A DNA stretch of 64,000 nucleotides from an uncultured Rhodospirillaceae bacterium (GTDB taxonomy: Bacteria; Pseudomonadota; Alphaproteobacteria; UBA6615), in NCBI GenBank assembly GCA_964530225.1, contig CAZHBA010000049.1:847-64846 (forward strand). The letters are read 5' to 3'. Below the pieces are notes generated by a model that was not told where the DNA came from, searched no databases, and worked only from the letters and a program-made list of their open reading frames with translations. Shown here piece by piece: positions 26,369 to 35,943 of this stretch. Every line of letters begins with the position of its first letter. The first letter of the stretch is position 1. A program made the position numbers and the translations under genes.

Positions 26369-28165
26369 ATGTCCGATACCGAAGTAGGCGCGCCACCGCG
26401 TCGCGATATACGCTTGTTGCGGCGGCTCGGCAGATTTTTACGGCCCTACCGATGGCAGGCCGTGGCGGCGCTGGTTGCTTTGACCGTAGCGGCGGCCACG
26501 GTGCTGGCTGTGGGCGAGGGCATTCGGCGTTTAGTCGACGAAGGATTTGCCGCCGGCAATTCGGAATTACTCAATGACGCGTTGCTGGTCTTGCTTGTGT
26601 TCATCATATTTTTGGCGTGCGCGACCTATGCGCGGTTTTTTATCGTTTCGTGGATCGGCGAGCGCGTCGTTGCCGATATCCGTAAGGCGGTATTCGATCA
26701 TGTGCTAACCCTCAGTCCTGGATTTTATGAAACCACCCGGGTCGCCGAGGTAATGTCACGGCTAACCGCAGATACGACACTTTTGCAGACGGTCGTTGGA
26801 TCGTCGGCGTCGATGGCGTTGCGCAACCTGCTGCTGTTTTTCGGTGGTTCGGTCATGTTGACGGTTACCAGCCCGCGGTTGAGCGGGCTTGCGGTATTGG
26901 TGGTACCCTTGGTGCTGGTACCGATCATCGTTTATGGCCGCCGTGTGCGACGGCTTAGCCGGGCCAGCCAGGACCGGGTTGCTGATGTCGGTGCGTATGT
27001 CGACGAAAGCGTCGCCCATATCCGCACGGTTCAGGCCTTCGTTCACGAAGCTGTCGATAGGATGCGGTTTGCCGATCGGGTTGAGGATGCGTTCGTGACC
27101 GCGGTGCACCGTATTCGCGCGCGCGCCTTGTTGACTGCGGTTGTCATCATGTTGGTTTTCGGCGCTGTCGGAATCATCATGTGGTATGGTGGCCACGATG
27201 TTATTACCGGGCGTCTCAGCGTCGGCGAGTTGTCGGCGTTTATCTTCTACGCGATCATTGTTGCCGGTTCGATGGGCGCTATTTCCGAAGTCATCGGCGA
27301 CCTGCAACGCGCAGCGGGCGCTACCGAGCGGCTGTTCGAGTTGCTCGACATGACGACCGATATTGCCGTTTCGGTTCATCCGGTGGCGTTACCGGTGCGC
27401 GTGGAGGGCCGCGTGAGCCTGGTTGACGTGTCGTTTTGCTACCCCTCGCGGCCGAACCGGCCGGCCCTCGACAGTTTTTCGCTAGATGTGGCGCCGGGCG
27501 AGAGATTGGCTTTGGTGGGGCCGTCGGGTGCTGGCAAGACCACTGTATTCCAATTATTGTTGCGCTACTACGATCCTCAGAGTGGGACGCTGGCGCTCGA
27601 CAATATAGACCTGCGAGATCTTGACCCGACGGAATTACGCAGCCAAATCGGCGTCGTGCCTCAGGAACCGGTTATCTTTTCCGCCGATGCGTGGGAGAAC
27701 ATTCGCTATGGCCGGCCCAACGCCTCGGACGACGATGTCCGTGCGGCCGCCGAGGCGGCGGCAGTGACCGAATTTCTTGACCGTTTACCCGAGGGCTTTG
27801 CGACATTCTTGGGCGAAAAGGGTGTGCGCCTGTCGGGTGGGCAACGCCAGCGCGTTGCCATCGCGCGTGCCGTTTTGCGCGACCCGAAAGTCTTGTTGCT
27901 CGATGAGGCTACAAGTGCGCTCGATGCCGAAAGCGAGCAGTTGGTGCAGGGCGCCCTCGACAGGCTGATGAAAGACCGGACGACGATTGTTGTCGCTCAC
28001 CGGCTGGCTACCGTCGTTGCTGCCGACCGAATTTCTGTGCTCGACCAGGGCCGCCACGTTGGTTCCGGCACCCACGAGGAGCTAATAGGGCAGGGTGGAG
28101 TTTATGCGCGCCTGGCGGCGCTGCAATTCGGCATCAACGGTACCGCCGACGCGGCCGCACAGTAG
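26369..28165 (+). CDS. ABC transporter permease/ATP-binding fusion protein (MsbA-like exporter)
   Basis: 598 aa. Six-TM N-terminal domain. Walker A GPSGAGKTT, ABC signature LSGGQRQR, Walker B LLLDEATSALD, H-loop. Confidence 0.9.
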   Translation: MSDTEVGAPPRRDIRLLRRLGRFLRPYRWQAVAALVALTVAAATVLAVGEGIRRLVDEGFAAGNSELLNDALLVLLVFIIFLACATYARFFIVSWIGERVVADIRKAVFDHVLTLSPGFYETTRVAEVMSRLTADTTLLQTVVGSSASMALRNLLLFFGGSVMLTVTSPRLSGLAVLVVPLVLVPIIVYGRRVRRLSRASQDRVADVGAYVDESVAHIRTVQAFVHEAVDRMRFADRVEDAFVTAVHRIRARALLTAVVIMLVFGAVGIIMWYGGHDVITGRLSVGELSAFIFYAIIVAGSMGAISEVIGDLQRAAGATERLFELLDMTTDIAVSVHPVALPVRVEGRVSLVDVSFCYPSRPNRPALDSFSLDVAPGERLALVGPSGAGKTTVFQLLLRYYDPQSGTLALDNIDLRDLDPTELRSQIGVVPQEPVIFSADAWENIRYGRPNASDDDVRAAAEAAAVTEFLDRLPEGFATFLGEKGVRLSGGQRQRVAIARAVLRDPKVLLLDEATSALDAESEQLVQGALDRLMKDRTTIVVAHRLATVVAADRISVLDQGRHVGSGTHEELIGQGGVYARLAALQFGINGTADAAAQ

Positions 28166-28177
28166 ATGGATATCGCT

Positions 28178-29509
28178 CTAGCGCTGCGTCAGTTTAAATT
28201 CGATGCGCCGGTTGCGCCGGTAGGCGATTTCGTCATCTCCCGCGTCCAAGGGCTGGTACTGGCCGAAGCCGGCGGCGACTAGGCGGTTCGGCGGAATACC
28301 CTGTTGGATAAGAAACTTCACGACCGAGGTCGCCCGCGCCGAAGATAACTCCCAGTTTGATGGGAACTGTGCGGTGCTGATTGGGCGTACATCGGTGTGG
28401 CCATCGACCCGCAAAACCCAATCGAGTTCGCCTGGGATATCGCGGGAAATTTGCACCAAGGTTTGCGCTAATTGTACCAGCTGCTGGCCACCGGCTTCGT
28501 TGAGCTCAGCCGCGCCCGAGGCGAACAGGACTTCTGATTGGAAGACAAAGCGATCGCCGACGATACGGATGTCGGAGCGGTTGCCGAGCACTTTGCGCAG
28601 GCGGCCGAAGAATTCAGAGCGATAGCGGGCGAGTTCTTGAACCCGCGTGGCCAAAGCCGCGTTGAGACGTTTGCCAAGGTTTACGATCTGGGTATTTTGC
28701 GCCTCGTTTTTCGATTCTGAAGCTTCCAGCGCCTCGTTCAACGCCGCGAGCTGGCGGCGTAACTCGCTTAGCTGGCGGCTGAGCAATGACACTTGGCGCT
28801 GGGCCTGTTCGGACAAGGAGCGTTCCTCAGTGAAAGACTTTTCAGCGGTTTCCGAGCGTTGCAGTAGTTCGGCGAGGCGAATATCACGCTCCTCAACTTC
28901 TTTTTGTGCCAGTACCGTACGCTCGCGTTCGTCGGCGAGTTTTGCTTCCAGCTCCTTAGCTCGGTCGCGAACCTGGCTGAGTTGTTGTTCGCTTTGGTGT
29001 AGCGACGACGCGAGGCCGGCGACTTTTTGCTCTAACTTGTCGCGCACGGTGCGCAGAGCGGCGATATCTCTATTGAGGCGTTCCAGGTCGCGCAGTTGCA
29101 GCTTAATCGACTCCTTGTCGGTGGATATAACTCGATTGAGGTCTGCCACTTCGGTCATCCGTCCGCGCCGCTCACTTTCTAATTCCTCTTCAACATCCGA
29201 TAGTTTGGCGACCAGCGCGTCGCGCTCCGAGACCGAAGTCTGGAGTTGCGACGACAATTGCGCGATCGAGATCCGCAGATCGGCATTAGCGCTACGCTCC
29301 AAATCGAGTATCTGCGCCAGCTCGTCGAGTTCGCTGGTTAGCCTCTCGAGCACGGTATCGCGGCCCGACAACGCCTCCGACAGAAAAACCTGGGCGAGTG
29401 CGAACACCATGATCAAGAAGACCACCACTACCAGCAATGCAGCTAGGGCGTCGACAAAACCAGGCCAGTAATTAACGGTACTGTATCGGCGAAAGGCGGT
29501 ACCAGGCAT
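28178..29509 (-). CDS. MotB/OmpA-family protein with conserved stator-type Asp in the TM segment, ~250-aa coiled-coil linker and C-terminal OmpA-like peptidoglycan-binding domain
   Basis: 443 aa. N-terminal TM NYWPGFVDALAALLVVVVF matches the MotB/TolR/ExbD plug motif, with Asp. Residues ~50-300 are heptad-rich (LERLTSELDELAQILDLER...). C-terminus VDGHTDVRPI...NWELSSARATSVVKFL...NRRIEF is a canonical OmpA_C motif. Confidence 0.8.
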   Translation of the reverse strand: MPGTAFRRYSTVNYWPGFVDALAALLVVVVFLIMVFALAQVFLSEALSGRDTVLERLTSELDELAQILDLERSANADLRISIAQLSSQLQTSVSERDALVAKLSDVEEELESERRGRMTEVADLNRVISTDKESIKLQLRDLERLNRDIAALRTVRDKLEQKVAGLASSLHQSEQQLSQVRDRAKELEAKLADERERTVLAQKEVEERDIRLAELLQRSETAEKSFTEERSLSEQAQRQVSLLSRQLSELRRQLAALNEALEASESKNEAQNTQIVNLGKRLNAALATRVQELARYRSEFFGRLRKVLGNRSDIRIVGDRFVFQSEVLFASGAAELNEAGGQQLVQLAQTLVQISRDIPGELDWVLRVDGHTDVRPISTAQFPSNWELSSARATSVVKFLIQQGIPPNRLVAAGFGQYQPLDAGDDEIAYRRNRRIEFKLTQR

Positions 29510-29524
29510 GGCTTGACCCGCGCG

Positions 29525-30670
29525 TTAGCGGCGGCCCTCGCCTTCATCGGAACTGGCCGCGATGGTACGCGCGAGCAGGCGAATTTCGGAGCGCAGTTCC
29601 TGAACCATTTGTGAGCGACCGCTTGCCGACTCTTCGACAAGGCGCGCCAAATAGATGTCGACGTTGCGAATATGGCTTCGGGTCGCGTCGTCGAAGCCGC
29701 CATCTGGACCGTCGGCGAGTTTTTGCAGAACTGGCTGCATGTCGGTCTGCGCTTGCGCTAGCCGTAGCATTAAATCCTGCTCGGTCCGCATCTGATCAGT
29801 CAGGGTGGTCAGACGGTCGGCGAGTACGGACAGCGCAGCATCGGTCTTGCCGCGGGTCGATTCGCCTTGCGCGATGGTGCGTTGCAAATTGTCTAGAGAA
29901 TCAGCGGTGGTCTCAAGCAGGGCCTGGATGTAGGTGGGCACGCTTTGGTCGCCCTCAGCGATGACGCTGGAGCCGCTCGATACCCGTGTCTGGCCGCTCA
30001 GCCACTCTTCCAATTCATTGTAGAACCGGTTCTGCGCTGAGCCCGCCTGCAGGTCGAGGAAGCCTAAAATTAGTGATCCAGCGAGGCCGAACAAAGATGA
30101 GCTGAAGGCCGTACCCATGCCCGCCAGGGGTGCGTTGAGGCCGGTCTTCAGAGAATCGAACACCTGGTTCAGGTCGCTGCCGGTGACTTGCAGGCTGGCA
30201 ATGACATCGGCGACTGAGCGCACTGTCTGCAGCAAGCCCCAGAACGTGCCGAGCAGGCCGAGAAAGATGAGCAAGCCGATGAGGTAGCGCGACAGGTCGC
30301 GTGACTCGTCGAGGCGGGTGCTGATGCCGTCCAGGATCGAGCGCATGGAAAGCGTCGTTAAACTGATCCGCCCACCGCTGCGGTCGCCGAACATCGTTGC
30401 CATTGGCGCCAATAATTTCGGTGTCGCCACAACCGACAGACCTGGCCGGTCGCTACGGTAGGTCTCGATCCAGTTAACCTCGACATTGAGCATCCAGACC
30501 TGGCGGAACACAAACAATATGCCCAACACCAGAACGAAAACGATAACACCGTTTATCGCCGGGTTGGCCATGAACGATTGGAACAGTTGGTTGTACAACG
30601 CGCCCACGGCAGCTGCGGCGATAAGTAGGGATATCGCCATGCGGGTCAGGTAACGTTGCGGGCTGGTCAT
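29525..30670 (-). CDS. MotA/TolQ/ExbB-family proton-channel protein with ~170-aa C-terminal cytoplasmic coiled-coil tail
   Basis: 381 aa. Four predicted TM helices, with the TM3/4 region LGLLGTFWGLLQTV / LAGMGTAFSSSLFGLAGSLILGF typical of the family. The C-terminal 170 aa are rich in heptad repeats. Stop lies 15 nt before the MotB-like start. Confidence 0.8.
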   Translation of the reverse strand: MTSPQRYLTRMAISLLIAAAAVGALYNQLFQSFMANPAINGVIVFVLVLGILFVFRQVWMLNVEVNWIETYRSDRPGLSVVATPKLLAPMATMFGDRSGGRISLTTLSMRSILDGISTRLDESRDLSRYLIGLLIFLGLLGTFWGLLQTVRSVADVIASLQVTGSDLNQVFDSLKTGLNAPLAGMGTAFSSSLFGLAGSLILGFLDLQAGSAQNRFYNELEEWLSGQTRVSSGSSVIAEGDQSVPTYIQALLETTADSLDNLQRTIAQGESTRGKTDAALSVLADRLTTLTDQMRTEQDLMLRLAQAQTDMQPVLQKLADGPDGGFDDATRSHIRNVDIYLARLVEESASGRSQMVQELRSEIRLLARTIAASSDEGEGRR

Positions 30671-30796
30671 GAACTGATCACCGAGGCGGTTGCGCCGAGG
30701 CCGGGGTTCGTTTTGGCGGCGTTGGGAAGTCGATACAGGTATGCGCTATCGTTGGACGGTACTGTGACGAATTTAAGGCAAGTTTAGTTAGCGAGG

Positions 30797-31792
30797 TCAC
30801 CGTTCGACAAGGACTGCGTCGACCCAGTCCGCTGGGCCGCTCTCGGCTTTGTTACCTAACGCGCGTACATCCATACGGGTACTTCGCACACCCTGATTGA
30901 TCAGGAAGGAACGCACCGCCAACGCCCGCGATAGCGATAGGCGCCGCGCTTGGCTGGCAGTCTCCGGCGTACCTTCCGCATATGCCAGCAACTGAACGCG
31001 CAGGTTTTCGCTTTCTTTCATCTTATTCGACAATTCCTGCAGCGGCGCGCGGGCAGAATCGGAAATCTTTGCCGATTTGTCATCGAACATTACCCTTAAC
31101 GATGGCTGGTCGGTGATCACAACGGGACGCGACGCTATTTGTACCGGTGGCGCCGCAACTGGTTTCGTCTCCGTAGGCGGTAGCGCGGCAGATTTAGCTG
31201 CCGCTCGGGGCGGTGGCCGTACGGCGACTGCCACCTTCTCTTGTGGTGCGGGTTCTGGCGCCGGCGCGATTTTCTCAACAGCAAGTGCAGGTTGCGGCAC
31301 GGGAACCGGCGGCACCGGTGTTGGCGCCACAACCGGCGCCGGCGTTCGCTCGGCGACCGGTGGAGGTGGCGCTATGGCCGGGGGGGGTGGTGCAACGGCG
31401 GCTGGCGGCAGTGGCGCAGCTGCTGGCACTGGCGGCGCGAGTACTTGACTGCGTGGTGCCGGAGCCGCGCTAAAACGCCGTTTGGTCAGCGGACCAACCA
31501 GGTTTGAGACCGGTATTGTGGATGGCGGGAACAAGACCGGCGGAGTGATGGCGATGTCACTCGTCACATGTTGTCCGGCCACCGTTGCCGGAAGCCCGAG
31601 CGCATCAAGCGCGCTCATGTTGACAGTAACATTGGTGTCACGCGCTAGAATGTAGCCAGATTGACTGTACGCCGAGGTTGCGGGCAATATGAACGCCAAC
31701 GCAACGCCTAGCGCTGCGGCATAACCATACGTCCGCGAAGTAATTGGTGTCCGCGATGCCATTTTCGCATGTGACGGAATATTGCGGATCAT
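30797..31792 (-). CDS. secreted proline-rich protein with degenerate C-terminal OmpA-like domain
   Basis: Start placed at the internal ATG (MIRNIPSHAKMASRT...), because the 446-aa ORF-track version overlaps suhB. An alternative ATG lies 30 nt downstream. Signal peptide AAALGVALAFILPATSAYSQ, long AP/PV-rich linker, C-terminal ...NLRVQLLAYAEG...RRLSLSRALAVRSFL (OmpA-like). Confidence 0.6.
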   Translation of the reverse strand: MIRNIPSHAKMASRTPITSRTYGYAAALGVALAFILPATSAYSQSGYILARDTNVTVNMSALDALGLPATVAGQHVTSDIAITPPVLFPPSTIPVSNLVGPLTKRRFSAAPAPRSQVLAPPVPAAAPLPPAAVAPPPPAIAPPPPVAERTPAPVVAPTPVPPVPVPQPALAVEKIAPAPEPAPQEKVAVAVRPPPRAAAKSAALPPTETKPVAAPPVQIASRPVVITDQPSLRVMFDDKSAKISDSARAPLQELSNKMKESENLRVQLLAYAEGTPETASQARRLSLSRALAVRSFLINQGVRSTRMDVRALGNKAESGPADWVDAVLVER

Positions 31793-31935
31793 AACCCCCG
31801 GTGTCCTGGAATCGTTTTTAACTGTGGGCGCCTTATTACTCGTGCCCGCCGCAATGGTAAACCCAAGCAGCGGAGCGTTGCACCATAACCTAGCCTTTGC
31901 ACGCGGAACAACTGATTCGAAAGACGGACGGTTTG

Positions 31936-32763
31936 CTAACCGTCTTCTGGTGTTGGGCCCGGGTCGGCGGTGCGAATGCAGCCGAGCAGTCTGTCGTGTA
32001 GCTGGTCGTTCGCTGCGACCACATCGCCGCCGGTCATCATGGTGTTGCGGCCCTCGAAGTCGGTGATAAAACCGCCGGCTTCGCGCACCATTAAAATGCC
32101 GGCGGCGATGTCCTGGGGCGGCAGGCCAAAATGCCAAAATCCATCGACGCGTCCGGCGGCGACATAGGCCAGATCGAGTGCCGGCGCGCCGAAGTCGCGG
32201 ATGCCGGCGGAATCGGCCATGACTGGCGCCAGCGTTGCCAGGTGGCGCGGATGGTCCCCGTGATCAAAGTGCGGCATGCCGGTCGCAATAACGCTGATGT
32301 TTAAATGTTGGCGTGCCGATACCCGCAGGCGCGTGTCGTTGAGGAACGCGCCGGTGTTGCGTATCGCCCAGAACAGTTCATCGCGCAGGGGATCGTAGAT
32401 GATGGCCTCTACCAGGTGACCGTCTTCCTCGTGGGCGATCGACATTGCGAATTGGGGTAGTCCGTGCAGGTAATTTGTTGTTCCGTCGAGGGGGCTGGCG
32501 ATCCAGTGGTGGTTTCCGTCCGGCTGATCGTTGGCGGGCGGGTCGGATGGGCCTTCCACGTCACCGTAAAAGCCGAATTGGGGCCGCGCCTCAGACAATT
32601 CGTAACGCAGGGTTTCCGATGCCTTGCGCGTTGCCGCACCGACAAAGTCCTTGGAGCCTTTTTTAGACACCTGCAATTGCTGCACTTCGCCAAAATCGCG
32701 TGCCATCGCCCGCCCGGCACGCCGCGCGGCGCGGTCCATTACATTGATGATTGGTGAACGCAT
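31936..32763 (-). CDS. suhB: inositol monophosphatase family protein
   Basis: 275 aa. IMPase motifs WIASPLDGTTNYLHG (DPIDGT-like) and a C-terminal WD-containing metal site. Confidence 0.85.
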   Translation of the reverse strand: MRSPIINVMDRAARRAGRAMARDFGEVQQLQVSKKGSKDFVGAATRKASETLRYELSEARPQFGFYGDVEGPSDPPANDQPDGNHHWIASPLDGTTNYLHGLPQFAMSIAHEEDGHLVEAIIYDPLRDELFWAIRNTGAFLNDTRLRVSARQHLNISVIATGMPHFDHGDHPRHLATLAPVMADSAGIRDFGAPALDLAYVAAGRVDGFWHFGLPPQDIAAGILMVREAGGFITDFEGRNTMMTGGDVVAANDQLHDRLLGCIRTADPGPTPEDG

Positions 32764-32771
32764 TTAGGCCG

Positions 32772-33341
32772 TTAGTCTTTGGCACGCTCGACGTAGGATG
32801 TGTCCTCGGTCGATACGACGATACGCGTGCCAGTTTCGATGTGCGGCGGCACGAGCACTTTCATGCCGTTTTCCATAACTGCCGGTTTATACGACGACGA
32901 TGCCGTTTGGCCTTTCACCACCGCGTCCGCTTCGACCACCTTGAGCGTAACCCTCTCGGGCAGGGCGAGCCCGATGGGCGAATCCTCGTAGGATTCGATG
33001 GTGACGATCATGCCATCCTGGAGAAACTGCGCTTGCTCCTCGCCCAGGATATCTCTGCCCAGTATTATCTGCTCATAATTTTCCTGATCCATGAACGTAT
33101 AGGTATCGCCGTCGGCAAACAGGAACTGATACTCTTTTTGGTCTAACCGAACCCGCTCGACGGTTTCTGCCGAACGGAAGCGCTCGTTGAGCTTGGTGCC
33201 ATCGCGCACGTTCCGCAGTTCGACCTGCAAATAGGCGCCGCCCTTGCCGGGTTTGACGTGCTGGATTTTGACTGTCCGCCAAAGCCGGTCTTGGTGCTCG
33301 ATGACGTTACCGGGACGGATTTCGTTACCGTCGATTTTCAT
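32772..33341 (-). CDS. efp: elongation factor P
   Basis: [16 protein letters not shown]...[15 protein letters not shown] carries the conserved Lys loop. Start at the internal ATG; the ORF-track version adds 21 codons. Confidence 0.9.
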   Translation of the reverse strand: MKIDGNEIRPGNVIEHQDRLWRTVKIQHVKPGKGGAYLQVELRNVRDGTKLNERFRSAETVERVRLDQKEYQFLFADGDTYTFMDQENYEQIILGRDILGEEQAQFLQDGMIVTIESYEDSPIGLALPERVTLKVVEADAVVKGQTASSSYKPAVMENGMKVLVPPHIETGTRIVVSTEDTSYVERAKD

Positions 33342-33413
33342 ACTCTCGTACCTGTACCAGGGTGTGTGCGGCGCTGCTCTAACACCTGTTAGAGGCCAAC
33401 GCAACGGCGGCCG

Positions 33414-34133
33414 TTAATCGGCCGGCCGGGCCTCGATCATTGCTTTTAGAAATTCGGCTACCGCGGTACCCGGACCCTGCGGGTGGTGCCACACACCGGC
33501 GGAAACGGCAAGAAAATCTGCGCCGGCGGCGACCAGCGGCGTGCAGTTCTCCACTGTAATACCGCCGATCGCCACACACGGCACTTCCATCAGATCGCTC
33601 CACCAGTCCAATAGGCCGGGGCGCGCCGAGGCTTTCGGCAATTTCGTCGTCGTCGGGTAGAACGCCCCGAACGCCACGTAATCGGCCCCGGCCTCGGCGG
33701 CGGTGATCGCCAGATGGCGCGAATCATGACAGGTGACGCCGACAATGGCGTCGCCACCAACGACCCGCCGCGTGTCCTCATAGGGGGCGTCCTCCTGGCC
33801 CACATGAACGCCGCCGCACCCCAGTTCCGCCGCGAGATCGGGCCGGTCGTTCATGATTACCGCAACATCGTGCCCGTGAGCTACCGGCAACAGGGCCTCG
33901 GTGACGCGTCGGATGGCGTCATTTGGCACCGGCGTGTTGTCTGGATTCTTGAGGCGTATTTGCAGGCAGGCTACATCGCCGGCGCTGAGGGCCTCGGTCA
34001 GTGCGTCGATAAACACCGGCAGCGCATTGTCGTCGAGGTTCGCTGGCGTAATCAGGTAGAGCCGGCAGGCGTTACGTGGTTCCTTGGCCAATGAACTTGG
34101 CTCAGAATTTGCCTTGGTAAATCCGCACGACAT
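33414..34133 (-). CDS. thiE: thiamine-phosphate synthase
   Basis: RLYLITP..., VHVGQED, GGI... ThiE motifs. The annotated ATG overlaps the fbaB 3' end by 32 nt, so the start is uncertain. Confidence 0.75.
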   Translation of the reverse strand: MSCGFTKANSEPSSLAKEPRNACRLYLITPANLDDNALPVFIDALTEALSAGDVACLQIRLKNPDNTPVPNDAIRRVTEALLPVAHGHDVAVIMNDRPDLAAELGCGGVHVGQEDAPYEDTRRVVGGDAIVGVTCHDSRHLAITAAEAGADYVAFGAFYPTTTKLPKASARPGLLDWWSDLMEVPCVAIGGITVENCTPLVAAGADFLAVSAGVWHHPQGPGTAVAEFLKAMIEARPAD

Positions 34134-35022
34134 CGTCCAGTAGCCTCAGTGCATCCTCGCGTGAGCGCTGGAAGCTGTTACGGCCGATGATCGAACCCGA
34201 CGCGCCGCCATCGCGAAGCTGACGAATTTCGTCGTAAATTGCTTCGGTACCCTTGGCCGCGCCGCCGGAGAAAACCACCAGGCGTCGTCCGTCAAACGTC
34301 GACTGCAGGACATGGGCAATGCGGGCTCTTAGGGTCGAGATATCGATGTTCTCTGTTTCATAGACCTTTTTGGCGTCGGCCTGCTCGATGAAGTCGGTCG
34401 GCGGTTTGACCTTGATGATGTGGGCGCCTAGCTGCGCCGCTAGGTGGGCGGCATAGGCGGTGACGTCGATCGCCGTTTCGCCTTCCTTGGACAAGTTGCC
34501 GCCGCGCGGATAGGACCACAGCACGACCGCTAAGCCGCACGACTTGGCTTCCAGCGCGATCTCGCGGAATTCCTCGACCATCTCGAACTGATTTTCGGAA
34601 CCGGGATACATGGTGAAGCCGACCGCCGTGCACCCCAGGCGCAGAGCGTCTTCGACCGACGCAGTAACCGCCTGGTCCTTGGTCACTGAATGCGAGTTGG
34701 CGTTATTGAGCTTCAAGATCATCGGCACCGAAGCGGCAAAGGAATCGGCACCGGCCTCGAGCTGGCCGAGCGGGGCGGCGTAGGCGTTCAAGCCCGCATC
34801 GATCGCCAGCTTGAAGAAATAATGCGGGTGATAGGCCGGTGGGTTGGGCGCGAAGCTGCGCGCCGGACCGTGTTCCCACCCCTGGTCGACCGGCAGGATA
34901 ACCATTTTGCCGGTGCCGGCCAGTTTGCCGGTCATCAGGATGCGGGCCAGATTACTTTTGCTGCCTGGGTTATCGCTCTCGTACCACGATAGGATCCTGC
35001 GGACTTTTTGGGAGACTCTCAT
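34102..35022 (-). CDS. fbaB: class I fructose-bisphosphate aldolase (FbaB/DhnA type)
   Basis: [16 protein letters not shown] matches E. coli FbaB RLAGTGYLSILPVDQG. Schiff-base Lys region IIKVKPP. Start at the internal ATG (MRVSQKV...). Confidence 0.85.
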   Translation of the reverse strand: MRVSQKVRRILSWYESDNPGSKSNLARILMTGKLAGTGKMVILPVDQGWEHGPARSFAPNPPAYHPHYFFKLAIDAGLNAYAAPLGQLEAGADSFAASVPMILKLNNANSHSVTKDQAVTASVEDALRLGCTAVGFTMYPGSENQFEMVEEFREIALEAKSCGLAVVLWSYPRGGNLSKEGETAIDVTAYAAHLAAQLGAHIIKVKPPTDFIEQADAKKVYETENIDISTLRARIAHVLQSTFDGRRLVVFSGGAAKGTEAIYDEIRQLRDGGASGSIIGRNSFQRSREDALRLLDDVVRIYQGKF

Positions 35023-35128
35023 GGTTTTGATCCCGTGCGTTGAGCTGATCGAATTCACCGCGTGAGGCCAAGCCGCAATCGGCATTCTGACTTAACCGAC
35101 ACGCCGCCTTTTTGCAATGCGAGAGCAA

Positions 35129-35599
35129 TTATTTGCCCGAATACTGGGCTAACCATTCGCGGCAGGTTGTTGACGCGTCGGTACATCGGTCGAGGTCCAG
35201 GGCGTGTTGGTAATCGATGTTGACGAGCGCGCAGCCGGCTTGGGCGGCGATGTCTTCGATCTTGCTGCGCACACCGTTGGGCCCGTCGAAACAGATTGCC
35301 TCGATACCGTCGCGGATCACCGCCAGCGCGAGCCCGGCTTCGTTAGCACAATCTAGCACGCTGTCGAACGCCACGTCGGGCATAGCATCGCGTGCTTGAC
35401 CCACCAGCTCGCGAAACCACCCCGGGCCGGCGAAGCCGGCTGCGCCGGCGGGGCTGACCAGGGTAACTTCGACATTTTGTTCGGCTGCTGCCTGTAATGC
35501 CGCGTACGCATCGGTCAAGGCGTAGACGACAATCTGTGGTCTCGCCATATCAGTCATGTTGGGACCAAATTTTTGTGCCTTTTGAGAGTGTACAGCCAT
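35129..35599 (-). CDS. hypothetical protein (no recognisable family) between fbaB and gap
   Basis: 156-aa ORF with strong GC3 bias on the same strand as its neighbours. Possible internal starts at 35557 and 35548. No RBS found. Confidence 0.4.
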   Translation of the reverse strand: MAVHSQKAQKFGPNMTDMARPQIVVYALTDAYAALQAAAEQNVEVTLVSPAGAAGFAGPGWFRELVGQARDAMPDVAFDSVLDCANEAGLALAVIRDGIEAICFDGPNGVRSKIEDIAAQAGCALVNIDYQHALDLDRCTDASTTCREWLAQYSGK

Positions 35600-35943
35600 T
35601 GGTCACTTGGAAAAAATATACGAAATATGAGCCATTAGGGAATAAATGGGAGAGATATGGGCACACTGACTTCGATGGGTCTGTTCGTCAGAGCAGTCGA
35701 TACCAGCAGTTTTTCCGCAACCGTCCTCCATATAAGTCTGGCCCTATCCGCGGTGAGTAAACAGATCTCGCGCCTGGAGGACCGGCTCGGCGTGCGACCG
35801 CCGAACTGCGCTAAACAGGCATGGAATGGTTCGATCTCGGTGGCGCCGGTGCGGAAACGGCCCCCGGTATCGCCCGCTTTAAACTGGGGTTTGGCGGCGA
35901 AATGCTGACAACGACCGAGACGTACCTGTAGGCGAAGGCACCC

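Noticed and set aside
28647-29471. 274-aa Ser/Arg-rich plus-strand ORF
   Set aside because: Antisense of the coiled-coil region of the MotB-like gene. The Leu/Glu/Arg/Ala codons of the coiled coil read as Ser/Arg/Cys on the opposite strand. It is low-complexity with no homology.
31077-31507. Gly/Ala/Thr-rich plus-strand ORFs (123 aa and others)
   Set aside because: They are antisense of the proline-rich linker of the OmpA-like secreted protein and are compositional artefacts.
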